This document shows positions 60,793 through 64,000 of a DNA stretch of 64,000 nucleotides, piece by piece. A model generated the notes under the pieces. It made no database searches, was not told the DNA's origin, and saw nothing but the letters and a program-made list of their open reading frames with translations. The stretch covers positions 13,053-77,052 of the forward strand of contig JBDRKY010000046.1 in NCBI GenBank assembly GCA_043813525.1. Direction: 5' to 3'. How positions within the stretch are numbered: the first letter of the stretch is position 1; each line of letters opens with the position of its first letter. The position numbers were made by a program, and so were the translations under genes. Origin of the DNA: Candidatus Woesearchaeota archaeon (GTDB lineage Archaea; Nanobdellota; Nanobdellia; Woesearchaeales; DSVV01).

Positions 60793-62076
60793 TCATCTCT
60801 TTATCGCAGTAATATTGCACCACACATTATGCTTATCTGGTCTATATTGTACATCCCTAAATCCTCTTTGCTCTAATAGATTTACTATTTTCATAGGGTG
60901 AGTATAATATTCATACAGACCTCGTGCTGCATCACCATGCTCTTTGTTGTCCACACTCAATACTTTTGCGGCTATATCTGGATCATCTGCAAATAAGACT
61001 GCATTAACACCTTTGATGCCATCATAATAATGATTTACTGAATCTAAGAACTGCTCTCTGTCTGACTGCATACCAACATCAATCAATGGCATCACAATCC
61101 TTCTGCCAGATGAATAAAGCTGTTTATAACCCATATCCCTTAGTTTAGATACATGTGGAGCAGCTTCTTTTTCAGGAAGAAAATCAATAACAACCATACC
61201 ATCCTTCAATATGTTGACAAATATTAAATGTTCTCTAGATACACTAGACGCATTTATCTCAACTTTCAATTCTTCTGATATTAAAGGAACTGAGGAATAA
61301 GATTCTCCAATCAAGTATAATGCCTTATGCTGAATTTTTGCATTATCAACTCCAACCCCAGCATCAGGATCTCTCTTATCTAAAATTACAACTTTATAAT
61401 TTCCTAATGATGCTAAATCCAACGCTAATTTATGTATTTTCTCTTCCTGATATCTCATGTCTACAATGCCTGTTCCCCAATGAAATAATCCATCCTTCTC
61501 TAAAATACGATGCGCTTCATCTATGACATGATGCAGGCCTTGTGTATAAGCAGTGACATGATGTATCGCTAAAGTCGCTTCAAAAGCACTGACACTATTA
61601 TCTTCAAATGCAAATGGATCTGCAAGATTGCCCTGCCTTATAATAATCTGTCTTTGTCCAAATTCTCTAAGATTAAGTACAGCAGCAGAATCCTTATCAT
61701 CAACCAAAGTATATCCTCTTTCCCTTATGCCTGTTCTTTTTGCATCTGAAACTGTTTCATCATCCTCAAACATTGGCTTAATCAAAGCATCAATAGAACC
61801 TGCAATAATATTTTTATTACAGTCAAACATTGCAATACATCCATTACCTATCATAGCCTCAACAAGATCAAGATTTCTGGAAAATGGAACTGCTTCAGGG
61901 CCTTGGCCAGCTATGACTAAAGTATTTATTAGACCTCTATGAGTTCTTCCTGCAAAAAAACCAGACAAAGCCTGAAGCATATAATTATGCATATCATAAA
62001 GAGATGCCCTTGCAATCTTTTTATATATCTGGCTTGCTGCGATATCTTCATATTTTTGATATTCTATTCTTGTCAT
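60793..62076 (-). CDS. Class I SAM-dependent methyltransferase-like protein
   Basis: IAGQGP, FEDNSVS..ATLAIHHV, EAHRILEKDG. Confidence 0.55.
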   Translation of the reverse strand: MTRIEYQKYEDIAASQIYKKIARASLYDMHNYMLQALSGFFAGRTHRGLINTLVIAGQGPEAVPFSRNLDLVEAMIGNGCIAMFDCNKNIIAGSIDALIKPMFEDDETVSDAKRTGIRERGYTLVDDKDSAAVLNLREFGQRQIIIRQGNLADPFAFEDNSVSAFEATLAIHHVTAYTQGLHHVIDEAHRILEKDGLFHWGTGIVDMRYQEEKIHKLALDLASLGNYKVVILDKRDPDAGVGVDNAKIQHKALYLIGESYSSVPLISEELKVEINASSVSREHLIFVNILKDGMVVIDFLPEKEAAPHVSKLRDMGYKQLYSSGRRIVMPLIDVGMQSDREQFLDSVNHYYDGIKGVNAVLFADDPDIAAKVLSVDNKEHGDAARGLYEYYTHPMKIVNLLEQRGFRDVQYRPDKHNVWCNITAIKR

Positions 62077-62316
62077 TTTTATTCTCTGCTGTTATTGCCT
62101 GATGTCATTATTATCCCTATTATTGTATATATCCACAGCAAAGTAATGCAAATGGATTTTTAAATGTTTTTGAAAAAATCGGAAATATTCCATATTCGTC
62201 TACTCCACTACAACACAAGTTTATATGCTCAAAACAGCAAGTAAGATTAGAATAAAGGGGCTGGTTTGGAAAAACTGAAATTAATATTAGGAAACTTGAG
62301 GTAAGGAGGTAATAAA

Positions 62317-63339
62317 ATGTTAAGAATAAGAAAAACAGAAGATAAAAAAGATTGCAGCAAAAGCAGTATATGGGGAAAGATTGGATTAGTTTTATTAGGA
62401 GCAGCAGCAGGTGCAGCAACATATCATGTAATGAGTGATGATGGAGCAACAGAAGCAAAAGAAAAAATAGCTGCAGTTGATACAGAAAGCCCTGAAGGAG
62501 TATTTGATGTGTTCAAATCAGGAGCAGACACTGATTCTGAAGGATTGGCAAATGTGATGAGTGGAAAATACCAAGAGGACAGAGATGCTATGAAAAATGT
62601 CGTAGGAGTATGTAATGGTGTTGTCAAGATGGAAAAAGATTATGTAAGAGGGCTTTTTGCAAAGATGCCTGTGCTGCCAGGAAGCGCAGATCCAAATGAG
62701 ATTTCTTTGGACATGAAAATTTATGACGGACAAAGAGCTGCTACAATTAATTATAGTGCAACAGGCGCTGAATATATTGTCACAGAAAATAAACTTCTTG
62801 GAACAAAAAGCCTTGGACTATATGTAATACCAGCAGTTGCTTCTGCTGAAAAAACAAAAGAAAATTCTGGAAATGGAAATGCATCAACTAATCCTGGCTA
62901 TAATGAAAAACAGGAAGAAGAAAAAGCAAATCCTGGTTACAATGGTTCTGGCAGTGCTGGTGCTGGAAAAACAGGTACAGGCAGTACAGCAGGTATGGAA
63001 GATACAGAAGTAAAACCAAGAGAAGCAAAGCCAAATGGAGATTATAATGGTCTTGAGAACAGTGTAAAAGAACAAGGAACAGAGGGGACACAAGGAATAA
63101 AGACAGAAGGTGAAAAAGCTGGCGGCCTTGATAAAAGTGTGCAGGATGCTCTGGAAGGAAAAACAAAGCCAGGATACAAAGGCAATGGAAATGGAACAGA
63201 AAAAAAAGAGCCTGAAAAGAATTACACACCTGGCAACAGCGTAGATAAAAGCACAGGACAATCCCAATACAGTGACAGTTTTGATAATCTTGTCACTGAT
63301 ATCGTGGATATGGTCTTTGATACAATGTACAAAAGCTGA
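62317..63339 (+). CDS. Membrane-anchored hypothetical protein with low-complexity G/T/E/K tail
   Basis: GGAGGT RBS, N-terminal TM, repeated NPGY motifs. Confidence 0.7.
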   Translation: MLRIRKTEDKKDCSKSSIWGKIGLVLLGAAAGAATYHVMSDDGATEAKEKIAAVDTESPEGVFDVFKSGADTDSEGLANVMSGKYQEDRDAMKNVVGVCNGVVKMEKDYVRGLFAKMPVLPGSADPNEISLDMKIYDGQRAATINYSATGAEYIVTENKLLGTKSLGLYVIPAVASAEKTKENSGNGNASTNPGYNEKQEEEKANPGYNGSGSAGAGKTGTGSTAGMEDTEVKPREAKPNGDYNGLENSVKEQGTEGTQGIKTEGEKAGGLDKSVQDALEGKTKPGYKGNGNGTEKKEPEKNYTPGNSVDKSTGQSQYSDSFDNLVTDIVDMVFDTMYKS

Positions 63340-63435
63340 ATGTTTTCAGATAATGCATATAAGCTAAAGATAAAGAAAGCAGTTTGTAATTGCTCTCAAT
63401 AAAAAATAAAAAACAAAAGTTCGGAGGTAAAAAAA

Positions 63436-64000
63436 ATGACAAGAGGAAATGGTGCTGCTGCAGTAGCAGTTGAAACAGATATGGATAGTGCACAGATGGG
63501 CACTGATGAAGATTTAGAGGAAAAAGTTGATGTAGCAAAAGAGCAAGAAAAAACACAGGGTGTGTTAGCAAAAGCAAAGAACTATTTTTCTAGGAGAAAT
63601 AGTGTAACAAGTGCACAAAAAGAACTAACACCTCAGCAGACAAAGGATAGGATATACGCACAGGAAGAGCAGATCTCAGCAATCGGTGCAGAAAAATATA
63701 TGGGCCTTCCAGCTTATGTTAGAGGACCAGTCTTGAAACTGCTTAACAAATGGAACAAAGCTGGCATGGGAAAGGTTAAGATGGCAGAGGATCAGTTTTT
63801 GGAATGCTGTGAAGAAGCTGAAGCAGTATTAAGCGGGATAGGTGACATACTTGATAATCAACAGGTCAATGGAGAAAATGTACCAATTGGCCTTCGTAGC
63901 TTAAGAGACTGGTATGATGACCAAAGACAGAATGCAGCAGAATCAGGTGTTGAAGGATATGAGACTATCAAAGAGCTTGATGGAAGAGTAGGTGAATTAG
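63436..64000 (+). CDS. Hypothetical protein (runs off window)
   Basis: GGAGGT RBS; MTRGNGAAAVAVETD... open to position 64000. Confidence 0.7.
   Translation, partial: MTRGNGAAAVAVETDMDSAQMGTDEDLEEKVDVAKEQEKTQGVLAKAKNYFSRRNSVTSAQKELTPQQTKDRIYAQEEQISAIGAEKYMGLPAYVRGPVLKLLNKWNKAGMGKVKMAEDQFLECCEEAEAVLSGIGDILDNQQVNGENVPIGLRSLRDWYDDQRQNAAESGVEGYETIKELDGRVGEL

Overview
AT-rich archaeal chromosomal segment, most consistent with a DPANN (Woesearchaeota/Pacearchaeota-like) genome. This is inferred from the archaeal ribosomal/RNAP genes, BHB-type tRNA introns and gene content. The core stretch (1-30 kb) carries a DAHP synthase, a CAT-anticodon tRNA split by three introns, mutS, a PIN-rpoE1-spt4-S24e-S27ae cluster, an L1-L10-L12 operon, ilvE and glycogen-type genes. 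The accessory stretch (30-56 kb) carries a clear diversity-generating retroelement: target gene 34295-35776, VR 35668-35760, TR 35997-36089 with 16 adenine-specific differences, RT 36097-37179, and no avd visible. It also holds gene fragments, an ISH3-like IS and a type II R-M locus. Less obvious signals are a Phe/Trp/Tyr-rich leader peptide with a hairpin upstream of DAHP synthase (candidate archaeal attenuator) and about ten copies of three families of non-coding palindromic miniature elements. Several of these have 8-10 bp flanking duplications; others show covarying ends, swappable nested-hairpin interiors, telomere-like (GGGATTT)n arms or inverted hairpin loops. All protein calls are by motif recognition only; no searches were run.
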